Positions 18,711 to 28,649 of a stretch of 64,000 nucleotides of DNA are shown in pieces. The stretch is from Acidobacteriaceae bacterium. GTDB taxonomy: Bacteria > Acidobacteriota > Terriglobia > Terriglobales > Acidobacteriaceae. Each line of letters begins with the position of its first letter. Position 1 is the stretch's first letter. The DNA is taken from assembly GCA_043749775.1 (NCBI GenBank), contig JAYVCW010000208.1:47121-111120 (forward strand). Reading direction: 5' to 3'. The position numbers and the translations under genes are program-made. The notes beneath the pieces are model-generated. The model was not told the DNA's origin and ran no database searches. It saw only the letters and a list, made by a program, of their open reading frames with translations.

Positions 18711-20375
18711 ATGTCAGAAAATGACTCAAGCCGACGTCGTTTGAGAGCGATCCGCCGGCGCTGGCTTGCCGCCGTGGCATTCGTATTCCTGGTGCTCATC
18801 GCGGCTTTGGCGTTTGTAGTGGCTCGACGCGGGCCCATCCTGCGGCAGCGTGTGATCGACACCTTGGCAGCCACTTTCCACAGCCGGGTCGATCTCGATT
18901 CTTTTGACGTCTCCTTCTTCAAGGGACTACAAGTTTCCGGGCGCGGCTTGCAGATCTTCGGGCAGACCGATGCCAACAATCACGAGCCCGGAATGCAGCC
19001 CATCGTGAGCGTCGCCGAGTTCCAATTCCGCGTTGGTGTCCTGCAGCTTTTCCGCGATCCCATGCACGTGGACACGGTCTACCTGAAGAGAATGGTGCTG
19101 AATCTGCCGCCTCGAGAGCAGCGCAGCCAGATGAATCGGTTCGCGCCGGGACCCGGCCGGGCAAGAATCGTGGTGGACAGCGTGGTCTGCGACAGGGCGG
19201 AACTGGTTATCAATACTCTTCGCGCGGGCAAGCTTCCGCTGGAATTTGATATCGCAAGTTTAAAAATGACCAGCATCGGACCTGAGGGTCCCCTGCATTT
19301 CGATGCGGAGTTGACGAATCCTAAGCCAGTCGGGGATGTCCACTCCACCGGGTCGTTTGGTCCCTGGCAACCGGACAGCCCGCGGGATACGCCCGTGAGC
19401 GGTGATTATTCGTTCAACCATGCCGACCTGGGAACGATCCGAGGTATTGCGGGGATTCTTTCCTCCACGGGAAACTATGCCGGGGTGTTGGACCGGATCG
19501 TCGTGGATGGCTCGACAGATACTCCGGACTTTCGAATTGCAACCGGAGGACGCGCTATTCCTCTGCACACTGATTTTCACGCGATCGTGGACGGCACCAG
19601 TGGCGACACGTACCTGCAGCCGGTCAAGGCAAAGATTGCCGATTCCTGGCTGACGGCCGAAGGGTCAATCGTCAGGACGCGAACCCCTGCCGGACACCAT
19701 GTAAGACTTGAAGTCAATATTGCGAAGGCACAAATCGCAGACTTGCTGAAGCTCGCCGTGGCGACCAATCCTCCCGTGATGAAGGGCTGGGTGCAAATGA
19801 AAACTCGGTTCGACTTGCCGCCCGGGGAGTTGGACGTTCCCAATCGTTTGAAGCTAGGCGGGACATTTCGAGTATCAAGCGTGTTTTTTTCTAACCCGCA
19901 GGTGCAGCAAAAAGTGGATGCACTCAGCATGCGCGGCCAGGGAAAACCAAAACTCGCCAAGGACAACATTCCGGACAACGTGCGCTCTGACTTGGGCGGC
20001 AAATTCAACCTTGGTGCAGGCGTCCTCACATTTCCTCGGCTTCAGTTCCTGGTGCCAGGAGTCCGCGTGAGCTTAGCCGGCACGTACAGCCTGGACGGAA
20101 ACGAGTTTGACTTCCACGGCAACGCCCGCATGAATGCCAAGCTCTCGCACATGGTGACGGGATGGAAATCGATCCTGCTTAAGCCGGCTGATCCGTTCTT
20201 CAGCAAGAACGGCGCCGGCACGGAGATTCCCGTTAAGGTAACCGGCACAAAATCCGAGCCGCACTTCGGCTCCGATTTTGGCCACAAGGATAAGGATAAA
20301 GAAAAGGAAAAGGAAAGAACCAAGAACGAGGAACTCAGCGAGAACACCACCGTAAAACGGGCCGAAAGAAAATAG
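18711..20375 (+). CDS. Membrane-anchored AsmA/TamB-like protein
   Basis: 554 aa with an N-terminal Arg-rich segment plus one TM helix, followed by a long beta-rich region resembling AsmA-family proteins. The tail is low-complexity (KDKDKEKEKE). Confidence 0.5.
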   Translation: MSENDSSRRRLRAIRRRWLAAVAFVFLVLIAALAFVVARRGPILRQRVIDTLAATFHSRVDLDSFDVSFFKGLQVSGRGLQIFGQTDANNHEPGMQPIVSVAEFQFRVGVLQLFRDPMHVDTVYLKRMVLNLPPREQRSQMNRFAPGPGRARIVVDSVVCDRAELVINTLRAGKLPLEFDIASLKMTSIGPEGPLHFDAELTNPKPVGDVHSTGSFGPWQPDSPRDTPVSGDYSFNHADLGTIRGIAGILSSTGNYAGVLDRIVVDGSTDTPDFRIATGGRAIPLHTDFHAIVDGTSGDTYLQPVKAKIADSWLTAEGSIVRTRTPAGHHVRLEVNIAKAQIADLLKLAVATNPPVMKGWVQMKTRFDLPPGELDVPNRLKLGGTFRVSSVFFSNPQVQQKVDALSMRGQGKPKLAKDNIPDNVRSDLGGKFNLGAGVLTFPRLQFLVPGVRVSLAGTYSLDGNEFDFHGNARMNAKLSHMVTGWKSILLKPADPFFSKNGAGTEIPVKVTGTKSEPHFGSDFGHKDKDKEKEKERTKNEELSENTTVKRAERK

Positions 20376-20401
20376 CGACCAAGCAATATCCCGGCGAAGC
20401 C

Positions 20402-21475
20402 TTACCAGATTCCTTTATCGCTCCCAGTGATTTTCATTCCAACAGCGGCTGCAGTCGCCAGCCAGGGCAGCAAACTAAGTCGGGCGGTGCTCCGGACCTG
20501 TCCGCGCAACATGAGGTTCGCCCACTCCGATGCGTAGAGCCGGACGGAATGCGGAAGAATCGGCACGCGCAGAAAACCCTTTGCGAACGTGATTTGATCT
20601 CCGCCAAACCGGGCGGCGGAGCGGACCGACTGAGGCAGATCAATTCCCTTCCCAGAAAAACCTGCGCGGTAGTCCGAGACAATCGTGAGAAATGTGGCGA
20701 CGCCTTCCCAAATGCCGCTGGACCGGGCGGATCGCTGCAGATCGTCGTAGTCAATTTCTTCAGTTTCCAGAAGATGGACCGTGTCCACGATATCGCAAAG
20801 GCGAATGTAGAAGTGGCGATACATGCGCTGCAACGTGCAAATCATTAGCCGATCCACGGCGGACGGCAACGGAAACGTCGCGGGTCCGATCGAAACACGG
20901 CGGGCTCGCAAGGGCAATGTCCGCGCAAAGCTGTCCAGTTCCCCCGTTTGTCCCAGGCGTCCCATGTGTATCTCGACCAATTCGGGCAACCCAGGAACGA
21001 TGAAGTTCCATTTATTGGCAAGGCGGTCGCCCCAGCTGCGAGCATCCATTCGGGCGTGCAAGCTAGTCATGACGCGAATCACATGCGCGGGATCGGCGCT
21101 GGTGTAGAGATCGAGGTCACTTCCGAGGTCGGGCCAGTGATCGAGCGATTTCATCACGACAACCGGACATCCCGACCGTTCGAGCGCCGGGCTGATGGCC
21201 GCGAGAAACGACATGGCCCGGACAATGCGCGCTTGTTCGCGATCGATGGCTTCGGACGCCCACTCTTGGCGTTCCTGATCGTCTGCACCAGCGATAACTT
21301 GCTTGAATGCTTCCATCGAACGCATGACAACGTGATGGGAATTCGCCAACGCAACCATCGCGTTGAATTTCTCACGCGTGAGAGTCAACAGTTGAACATC
21401 TGCCTGCGGTGCATCTGCGAGCAGAAGCCCGGAAAGGGCTTTCAAGTTTGCCGCATCAGAGTTGGGCGTTTTCAT
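20402..21475 (-). CDS. Uncharacterised nucleotidyltransferase (NTP_transf_5-like)
   Basis: 357 aa. VVVMKSLDHWPDLGSDLDLY resembles the G-x-DxD core of this family. It lies 36 bp downstream of the TPR gene on the same strand. Confidence 0.55.
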   Translation of the reverse strand: MKTPNSDAANLKALSGLLLADAPQADVQLLTLTREKFNAMVALANSHHVVMRSMEAFKQVIAGADDQERQEWASEAIDREQARIVRAMSFLAAISPALERSGCPVVVMKSLDHWPDLGSDLDLYTSADPAHVIRVMTSLHARMDARSWGDRLANKWNFIVPGLPELVEIHMGRLGQTGELDSFARTLPLRARRVSIGPATFPLPSAVDRLMICTLQRMYRHFYIRLCDIVDTVHLLETEEIDYDDLQRSARSSGIWEGVATFLTIVSDYRAGFSGKGIDLPQSVRSAARFGGDQITFAKGFLRVPILPHSVRLYASEWANLMLRGQVRSTARLSLLPWLATAAAVGMKITGSDKGIW

Positions 21476-21511
21476 GGGCTTTCGTGTCGCCGGGGTGCCG
21501 GTTCGTTGCGA

Positions 21512-22699
21512 CTATTGGTTCGGGGTCTGTGCGCCTTCCGATGGAACGGGCGCTGGAGCCGGCGGACCTTGTGCATCCGATGCTGCAGGTGAAGACTGAA
21601 CGGGATCCGCCACTGGCGTGTTATCACGGTGCTTCAGCTTGACCGGACCGCCCTGGCGCCTGCGCGCTTCCACTTCCGCCGCCATCTGGGCTGCAATTTT
21701 CTCATTGTTTTGGTCGGAGACCTGCGCGAGCTTCATGCCTTCTGCGTATCGGCCAGAGGCCAGTCCAACCACGGCGCCGGCGTCGCGCGCTTCGGCGGCT
21801 CTCTCATAGAAAAATTTAGCAGTTTCAGAATCGCCGCTCTGCTCGGCAATATAACCCAGGTTGTTGAGCGAGAACGCGCTACCGGGATCGAGCGAATAAG
21901 CCGCGCGAAAATCTCGATTGGCCTCTTCCCAATCGTTTCGGTTCAGAGCCTCTACGCCGCGGAAATTCAGTCTGGCCGCGCGATCATGAGCCGTCTCGCG
22001 CGCCAGGCGTTCGCGCAACCTGCGGGCGCTGTCGGCGGCCACTTCGCTGACCGGCTTGCCCACGCTTGCTCGATTGTCCGTTACAACAACGGGGCGGGAG
22101 GAGTGTATTGCTGCAGCAGCGCTGTAATATTTCACTGCTGCTTCCCATTCGGCCTCTGCTTCTTTCGCGACGCCAAGGTTGTTCAGCGTGAATGGATTTT
22201 GGGGATCTTGCGCGAGCGCGCTCTGCAGCATGCCATCGGCCTCGGAGTTGCGGCCCTTCGACAAAAGCTGTACGGCGTGAAGATTTGCGCGACTCACGGC
22301 TATGGAGCGGTCGTCAATGCCGGAAACTCCATCGCGAAAAGACGATCCCTTGAGTTTCTGCGAGCTCGATTGGTCGATCACGGCATCAGTCGGCTGATGA
22401 GCAGCCAGATCATAGAACTTTACTGCGCGATCCACGTCGCCATTCAGTTCAGCCATATAACCCAGATTGTTCAAGGTGAAGGGGTCCGACGGGTCGTAGA
22501 GGTATGCTTTGTAAAACAGGCTGCTGGCCTTTTCGTAACGATGCTTTCGGACCGCTTCGACACCTTCCCGGTTCAGTCGCTGCACGGGCGTGGCTTTGCC
22601 GGTCCCAGGCAGAGGAATCCTGAGGTTGCCCGCTTGTGCCAGCGAGGTGAATCCAGCGCAAAGCAACAAGAATCCGGAGACGTGCCGTTTTAGAGTCAT
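21512..22699 (-). CDS. Secreted TPR-repeat protein
   Basis: 395 aa with a signal peptide (LLLCAGFTSLAQA) and repeated AxxxYxxAxxxDPxxxxxxNNLG units. Confidence 0.8.
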   Translation of the reverse strand: MTLKRHVSGFLLLCAGFTSLAQAGNLRIPLPGTGKATPVQRLNREGVEAVRKHRYEKASSLFYKAYLYDPSDPFTLNNLGYMAELNGDVDRAVKFYDLAAHQPTDAVIDQSSSQKLKGSSFRDGVSGIDDRSIAVSRANLHAVQLLSKGRNSEADGMLQSALAQDPQNPFTLNNLGVAKEAEAEWEAAVKYYSAAAAIHSSRPVVVTDNRASVGKPVSEVAADSARRLRERLARETAHDRAARLNFRGVEALNRNDWEEANRDFRAAYSLDPGSAFSLNNLGYIAEQSGDSETAKFFYERAAEARDAGAVVGLASGRYAEGMKLAQVSDQNNEKIAAQMAAEVEARRRQGGPVKLKHRDNTPVADPVQSSPAASDAQGPPAPAPVPSEGAQTPNQ

Positions 22700-22840
22700 T
22701 CTGGTCGACTCCCCCTTTTTGGCTCGCTTTTTGGATGCGAACCGCCCGAACCTGTTGCCTGGGGAAGCCTTAAAGTTGGCCTAAGCCGGGCTACCTTAGG
22801 GGTATCCCCGGCATCCAATCTCAGCAATCAAAAAAGGCAG

Positions 22841-23770
22841 GTGGGGGATATGAATCGATTCTTGATTCTTTTGCTGATGAGCGGTGTGGCAGGCGCGCAG
22901 ACGGTGCCTTCCTCACTTTCTTCACTTTCCGCCGATTCTGCGGCGGCGCCTTGGACTTCGAAGGCCCCACGCGCCAACGAGCCGGGCCGACCTTCGTCGG
23001 AATTGCAGACAAGTCAGTTGGCCGGGCCGCTGCCCGAACTGCTGCCCCAACCCACCGGCAAGGCGACGCTGATCGGCGGAACGATCTCCAAAGTCGATAG
23101 GGTCCACGACGTCCTGACGCTGGCGCTATTTGGTGGGGGCAAGACGCGCATTTTCTTTGATGCCCGCACTCACATTTCTCGTGACGGCGACGCGGTCACC
23201 GCGAACGCCCTCCAGGAAGGCCAGCGAGTGTACCTGGATACGAAGTCTGCTGGGAACATCACCTTTGCTGGAAACATTCGCGTAGTCAACCAGACGCCTA
23301 TTGGCGAAACCACCGGCCAGGTCGTCGAGTATGACGCCCGCACCGGCGAACTGGTGATTAACGACTCGATGTCATCTGGAACCGTGAAGCTGCGTCTGAC
23401 GTCAGGCACGCCGATTTCGCGCGGCCAGAATCCTGCGTCGAGCAGCGACCTGCTTGCAGGGGCGCTGGTCTCTGCGAGTTTTGTTTCCGATGGTAGTGAT
23501 CGCGGCATGGCCCGGCAGGTTTCGATTCTGGCCGCACCCGGAAATACATTTCACTTCGCAGGTCGCGTGGCCAGCCTGGATCTTCACTTGGGCCTTCTGG
23601 TGGTGGTCGATCCCCGTGACCAAAAGAGCTATTCCATCGAGTTTGATCCCAGGGTGATTCCCGTAACAGACAGTCTGCGCGAAGGCGCAACCGTGGACGC
23701 AACCACTGCATTTGACGGTCGCCGTTACGTGGCCCGCGAAATTCAAGTAGATCCGACTTCGAAGCCGTAA
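22841..23770 (+). CDS. Secreted protein with internally repeated beta-rich modules, unknown function
   Basis: 309 aa with a signal peptide (LILLLMSGVAGAQ) and three similar modules of roughly 70 aa. Confidence 0.6.
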   Translation: MGDMNRFLILLLMSGVAGAQTVPSSLSSLSADSAAAPWTSKAPRANEPGRPSSELQTSQLAGPLPELLPQPTGKATLIGGTISKVDRVHDVLTLALFGGGKTRIFFDARTHISRDGDAVTANALQEGQRVYLDTKSAGNITFAGNIRVVNQTPIGETTGQVVEYDARTGELVINDSMSSGTVKLRLTSGTPISRGQNPASSSDLLAGALVSASFVSDGSDRGMARQVSILAAPGNTFHFAGRVASLDLHLGLLVVVDPRDQKSYSIEFDPRVIPVTDSLREGATVDATTAFDGRRYVAREIQVDPTSKP

Positions 23771-24067
23771 GCCCCAACCCGAAACCGTAAAACAAAACAA
23801 AAGAATGATCGACTGTGTCTTACTGGCTGGATTCGTCTATCCCTGCTTGCGCGGTCCCCTAACGCGTGCCGCAGAACTATAACTGCCGACTAACGCACTA
23901 GCGGCGAACAGGCCTCAACGTCAAACGCCCAGAGAGAGCCAACGGCGTAGAAAAACTGCGAGCCGAAATCTCTAGTGCTAACGAGCCGGCTCCTGTCCAG
24001 AGCGGCCTTTGTTCTTTCACTGGCTACGCGCTGCTGTGGCTTGGGTCTATTCCACGCGGCCCCAAAC

Positions 24068-25600
24068 CTAGGGGAGCTGGTTGAGATAGCACTGGCCGTT
24101 GGTTGGTTGAACCGGCAGATTTGTCGGCGGCACAGTCCAGGGCGGATTGGCAAAATCGAAAAACTCCGTCATGTCCATTTGTGCGAAGTCCCGAGCAGTA
24201 AGGTTGGAAAGGCCGAATCTGGTTTCCACGAGTTTGAGCCATGCGGTGTGATCCGCGGGCGTGTGCGAAACGTAGTTCTTTTTCGCGAACGGCGAAATCA
24301 CAGTAATCGGAACCCGGTATCCGGTGCGGGTGAAGTCGCAATTCGCGCCCGACGACGGTGGGGTACAAAAGTCCCCTGGCAGCAAGTCTATAGGCGGGAT
24401 GCCGTCCGGACTAAGCGCTGCCAGCGGCGCTACGTGATCCGCAAAGCCGCCGCCTTCGTCATACGTGAGAATGAAAGCGGAGTCTTTCCAGGCCGAGCTC
24501 TGCATCAACGCGTCAATGATTGTAGAAACGTATTGAGCGCCCACTTGCACGCTGCCGCTGGGCTGATTGTCGTCAAGCCCGGGATGCTCGTCGCGACCGC
24601 TGTTGAAACCTGGATCAATGAACGCCACCGCCGGCAGAGTTCCGTTTGTGAGGTCCGTGAAATATTGGGAGATCGGAACCATGTTCTGCGGATATTTGGC
24701 CGCAGTGTCAAACGAAGTCAAAGCGCTATCGTTTACCGGAGGATTCGCGTACTGAAGGTCCGTGACATAGACCCTCCAGGAAACGCCCGCGGCCTGCAGT
24801 TCGTCAAAAATGGTCGGAACGCTCAATGTGCCCGAGATCAAAGGATAGGCGTGGCCCGCCGATGTACCCGCCAGCATGTACAGGCGGTTGGGTGTGGTTC
24901 GCGACATCACCGGCGAAAACCAGCGGTCGGACGTGGCAAAATTCGTTGCCAAAGAATAGTAATATGGCAAGTCCGTTCCGTCGTAATAAGACATCGCCCG
25001 CAGCCCGTTTACGTCGGAAAACGCCGGCGTTGACATCCTAGCGTCGTGCGCAGCTGCGAAAACGAATCCGTCCAGTGTGTGCGTGGCGGAAAGCGGAGTG
25101 GTAACGTTCCAATCAACATGACTTTCGTTCCATGAAGGACTAGGGTTTTCTTCGCACATGGAAACCATGTGAAAGGAACTGATTGGGTTCGAACCATCAA
25201 CAACGCAATCCGATGGCGGAGGCTGGGTTGGGTCACAACCTGGATTCGAAAGGGCAGGCCCCTGCAAGGGGGCAATTCCCGAAGCCGGATTGAACTGCGG
25301 GAGGCCATCGAACGATTGGTCTGGGATGTTGTTGGCGGCCCAGTACTGACGCATGGCGCCGAAGTAGTGGTCGAAGCCACGGTTCTCCTGGGCCATAAAA
25401 ATAATGTGATTGATCTTTTTAAGGCCCGTAGTGCCACCACCGCCACCGCCGCCGCCTCCGCCGGAGTTGGTTACCAGTCCACGGCAACCACCCAGGAAGC
25501 TCAACAGAATGACCAAGGTCGATACTGCGAGGAATGATGGCGCCTTGGACGCCGCTTTGTCTGTTTTCTCTCTGGCCATTTGTGTCCTTGGGGTTGTCAT
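24068..25600 (-). CDS. Phosphoesterase-family (phospholipase C / AcpA acid phosphatase-like) lipoprotein
   Basis: 510 aa. INHIIFMAQENRGFDHYFG is the family's N-terminal signature. A lipobox-like LGGC is followed by a run of ten Gly. Confidence 0.8.
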   Translation of the reverse strand: MTTPRTQMAREKTDKAASKAPSFLAVSTLVILLSFLGGCRGLVTNSGGGGGGGGGGTTGLKKINHIIFMAQENRGFDHYFGAMRQYWAANNIPDQSFDGLPQFNPASGIAPLQGPALSNPGCDPTQPPPSDCVVDGSNPISSFHMVSMCEENPSPSWNESHVDWNVTTPLSATHTLDGFVFAAAHDARMSTPAFSDVNGLRAMSYYDGTDLPYYYSLATNFATSDRWFSPVMSRTTPNRLYMLAGTSAGHAYPLISGTLSVPTIFDELQAAGVSWRVYVTDLQYANPPVNDSALTSFDTAAKYPQNMVPISQYFTDLTNGTLPAVAFIDPGFNSGRDEHPGLDDNQPSGSVQVGAQYVSTIIDALMQSSAWKDSAFILTYDEGGGFADHVAPLAALSPDGIPPIDLLPGDFCTPPSSGANCDFTRTGYRVPITVISPFAKKNYVSHTPADHTAWLKLVETRFGLSNLTARDFAQMDMTEFFDFANPPWTVPPTNLPVQPTNGQCYLNQLP

Positions 25601-25660
25601 AAAAATGCCACTGTCAGATGGTCGATACAGGGCCCGGGTTGGCCAAATGGGGAGAAAACT

Positions 25661-26119
25661 CTAGCGGCTGCCCGGAGGGCGGCTGGGGCTGGCCATCGTC
25701 AATGCGGCGACGGTCCCCACCGCGACGCCGGCTCCAACAATGGCGCCGATCTTTATCACCAGCGACCGCGAGCGTCTTTGCTTTCCAGGGGCGATGGCCG
25801 CACCGGCAGCAGTGGACACCGCGACGCCCGTCGTCGATGGTTTCTCAGCGGCCGCAGTGCCGAGGGGCTTCCGCGCCGGAGGCGTATTTGTTTGCGGGGG
25901 TGGTTGTGCCGGCGCCGCCGGGGGCTGAGCGGGTGCGGTTGCTGCAGGGGACGACTCCACGGGAGCGTCCTGCGCCGAAGCGGCGCTGGGGTTATCGGGA
26001 AGCGGAGTTGTCTGGCTGGCGTCTTGCGCCTGAACTATCCCTAAACCAAGCGCCGCGATCACCAGGTAAGTAACGAAAAGCGTTCGCGTTCGCAAGCCTG
26101 CCGTCATTCTCATGCTCAT
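25661..26119 (-). CDS. Pro/Ala-rich exported protein with a C-terminal hydrophobic anchor
   Basis: 152 aa with an N-terminal signal-like helix, a PA-rich low-complexity centre and the segment IKIGAIVGAGVAVGTVAAL. GAGGA lies 6 nt upstream of the ATG. Confidence 0.45.
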   Translation of the reverse strand: MSMRMTAGLRTRTLFVTYLVIAALGLGIVQAQDASQTTPLPDNPSAASAQDAPVESSPAATAPAQPPAAPAQPPPQTNTPPARKPLGTAAAEKPSTTGVAVSTAAGAAIAPGKQRRSRSLVIKIGAIVGAGVAVGTVAALTMASPSRPPGSR

Positions 26120-26207
26120 GTTGTCCTCGTTCGGCCTACACTGATGGCATTAGACAGCCGTGGAGTTGTTCGCATAACTCGCGCGGAGGCGACCCCCAGC
26201 GGCCTCG

Positions 26208-28286
26208 TCACGACTTCTGCAAGAGGCGCGTAACCTCAGCCTCGGGATCATGCACAACAGACTTCAGTAGGTTCTTGGCATATCGACACAAGGTGGCGAA
26301 ATTGGTTTCGTACCAGCAGCAATCGCCCATGTTCGGCGAAAGCCCGCAAAAGTAACGGAATTTTTCCACTGATTCGCTCGACACCAGCATTCCCGCCGCT
26401 ACCCGGTGGTTTCCATCCAGTATTGTGAAGGGGCCGGTTTCGTCGCGCCCGATCAGAAGAATTGCACCGAGGTCGGCGCTATCCGTGATAAGCCCGCGAA
26501 GGCTTCGTATCTTGGCTCGGAAGCCCTCCTGAGCGGCGTCCTCCGAAGGCCCGGTAGCGATATGCTGCACAACCTCGCTCAAGGCAAAGTCCCCGCCTGC
26601 CAGTTTGCGCCAGTGCGCACGGGGGAACACATAAACTCGATCCAGATCCGATTTGCGGATCTCTACCTCAAACCATTGTGTGTCCTTGGGAAGCTCTCTC
26701 CATAGCGCGCCGTGTCGGATGAAGAACAGCGCACGCCGCAATTTGTTTTGGTGCGCATCTTCCAGGTCGGGGTCACTCACGAAGCGGTCAAGTGATTGAT
26801 AATTCTTGAAATCGGGCGAGCGAAAATCGGTCTTAAGGAATTCCGAAATTACTTCATGTTCTGCAACTTGTCTTATTCTTCGAATCCCCTCAAATGAGGC
26901 GCTAGTGCCTGTGAACTCGGTGCCTACCAGGGCACGAACGACAATGGGGGCCGCGACTACCGCCAGCAAAAACAAGACCATGACCAACTGCACCCAGATC
27001 ACTTGCGCAAGCGATGCGTGGAATCGGTAGAGAGCGGGCACGAGAACGGCGCCGAAAGCCAGTTGCACCCATGCGGTGCTGACGATCTTGTGCGACATTT
27101 CATAAAGAATGATGACCACGCTGAGCGAATAAATAGTCGTCATCCCCGCATAGAGGGCAAGCAAGCTGGGAAGGTTGTAATCGGTCGCAGTACCGAACTG
27201 TGCGCCGAACAATCCTGCCCAAATTCCCGACGGCGCCAGGCGCAGACCAATCGTCACCGCCAGCCCGATTGCCGACACTAGCAACAGTGAGGTGCCCAGC
27301 GCGCCCTGGTCGCGGCGATTCTGGCTGCGGGTTTCGGCAACAATCGGAAACATGCTGCTGACTACAGAGAAAGAAAGAAAGTAAACCACCCGGCCGATCA
27401 GCGCAACGGCGGCGTAAAGCCCCGCTCGCGGGCCGGCAAAAAAGTGTTTCACTACCAGGATGTCAGCGTTGTTGATGATTACCACTCCGGCGAAGAACAC
27501 CAGCGCCTGCAGACCTTCGCGGAAAGCGACCCCGACCGGCGGCCTGGAACCGCTCGCGGCGGCCCGTTGCGGAGCAGCGAAGATATAAGCCATCACCACC
27601 GAGGCAGCATTGGCTGCGATGACTCCGGCGGCTCCATACCCAAGATAAATCAGCGCTACCGAACCTCCGAGTTTTACCGAGCCTTCCAACACTACGTTGA
27701 TGGTGACGCGGCGAAACAGGCACGAGCCCTGGAGGTAGCCGCGCCGACTCCCAAGCGGCACGTAAAAAACAGCCGCAACTGCGAGCAGGCTCACGAGCCG
27801 AGTACTGGGTAAATTCAGATATACGGAGATCGGGGATTGGAGCGCAAACAGAACTACTCCTGCGAGAATGCCGCACGCCCAAGCGCTCCTGTGAAACCGG
27901 CGGTAAGACTCGATCTTCGCTTGCGGTGAAGCACCCTGCGCCACAATTTTTGCCGAAACCAGTTGAAAGGAGAGCGTCACTGCCGAAACCAAAATCAGCA
28001 GGGTACACACTGCCGCAACAGCTCCGAAGCCCGAAGGTCCCAGAAAGCGCGCTACCGCGATGGTGTAGAAGAGGTTGATTAGGGTGACGGATCCTGTACC
28101 CGCGAGCAGCACAAAACTACCGGACAGGACGCGGGATACGAATGCCTTCGATTCAATATTTCGCTGGGTGTTCAATTCTCGCTTGATTTCACGTTCGGAT
28201 TCCAGCCAGTCCAAAGAAAGGCTTCCTTCAGAGTGTCTTTCCTGGTGCAAAACGCCTGACGACTGGTTATCAATGGGAGTTGACAC
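26208..28286 (-). CDS. MOP/Wzx-like polysaccharide flippase fused to a C-terminal soluble domain with a ParB/Srx-like DGxHR motif
   Basis: 692 aa. Residues ~50-480 form about 12-14 TM helices typical of polysaccharide biosynthesis (Wzx) proteins. Residues ~490-692 are hydrophilic and contain ILLIGRDETGPFTILDGNHRVAAG. Confidence 0.7.
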   Translation of the reverse strand: MSTPIDNQSSGVLHQERHSEGSLSLDWLESEREIKRELNTQRNIESKAFVSRVLSGSFVLLAGTGSVTLINLFYTIAVARFLGPSGFGAVAAVCTLLILVSAVTLSFQLVSAKIVAQGASPQAKIESYRRFHRSAWACGILAGVVLFALQSPISVYLNLPSTRLVSLLAVAAVFYVPLGSRRGYLQGSCLFRRVTINVVLEGSVKLGGSVALIYLGYGAAGVIAANAASVVMAYIFAAPQRAAASGSRPPVGVAFREGLQALVFFAGVVIINNADILVVKHFFAGPRAGLYAAVALIGRVVYFLSFSVVSSMFPIVAETRSQNRRDQGALGTSLLLVSAIGLAVTIGLRLAPSGIWAGLFGAQFGTATDYNLPSLLALYAGMTTIYSLSVVIILYEMSHKIVSTAWVQLAFGAVLVPALYRFHASLAQVIWVQLVMVLFLLAVVAAPIVVRALVGTEFTGTSASFEGIRRIRQVAEHEVISEFLKTDFRSPDFKNYQSLDRFVSDPDLEDAHQNKLRRALFFIRHGALWRELPKDTQWFEVEIRKSDLDRVYVFPRAHWRKLAGGDFALSEVVQHIATGPSEDAAQEGFRAKIRSLRGLITDSADLGAILLIGRDETGPFTILDGNHRVAAGMLVSSESVEKFRYFCGLSPNMGDCCWYETNFATLCRYAKNLLKSVVHDPEAEVTRLLQKS

Positions 28287-28649
28287 CGTGCTCCTTCGCG
28301 GAAACTACGAGCGACGCTTATGCCTTCCCTCAGATGCACAATACCTTCGCAAGGCTGCACTGTCGAGACCTTCTATTAAATCAGATGGCCGACCACTTCT
28401 AGGCTGAAAAGCAGGCCCGGAGGCCGTCTGGGCGGTAGCACCAGGTGCAAGATAGTTTGGACTTGGTAGAGCGTTATTCCGCTCGGAAGCCTTAGACCGG
28501 TGCAATAAAAAACGCCGGAACATCAGTATTTCACCCGATCCGCAATCGAACATCTTTCTGAAATCATGAATCATCTCAGTTGACCGAGATGACTGGAACG
28601 AGCGCTCTTGCGGGGGCCGCATCGCCAACCGAGTCAAAGGAGAGAGAAC

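Noticed and set aside
15166-21475. Possibility of a lasso-peptide/RiPP tailoring cluster (a sulfotransferase plus NTP_transf_5-type nucleotidyltransferases are known companions of some lasso loci)
   Set aside because: There is no asparagine-synthetase-like cyclase, no transglutaminase-like leader protease, no PqqD-like RRE and no plausible precursor ORF. The sulfotransferase is also frameshifted.
21629-22693. 354-aa plus-strand ORF covering the whole TPR gene
   Set aside because: It is the exact antisense shadow of a gene with clear TPR periodicity and a signal peptide. The product is Arg/Ala/Gly-rich low complexity with no motif, as is typical of mirror ORFs in GC-rich DNA.
23975-25033. 352-aa plus-strand ORF opposite the phosphoesterase gene
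   Set aside because: The translation is Arg-rich and featureless, whereas the minus-strand frame carries the unmistakable ENRGFDHYFG phosphoesterase signature.
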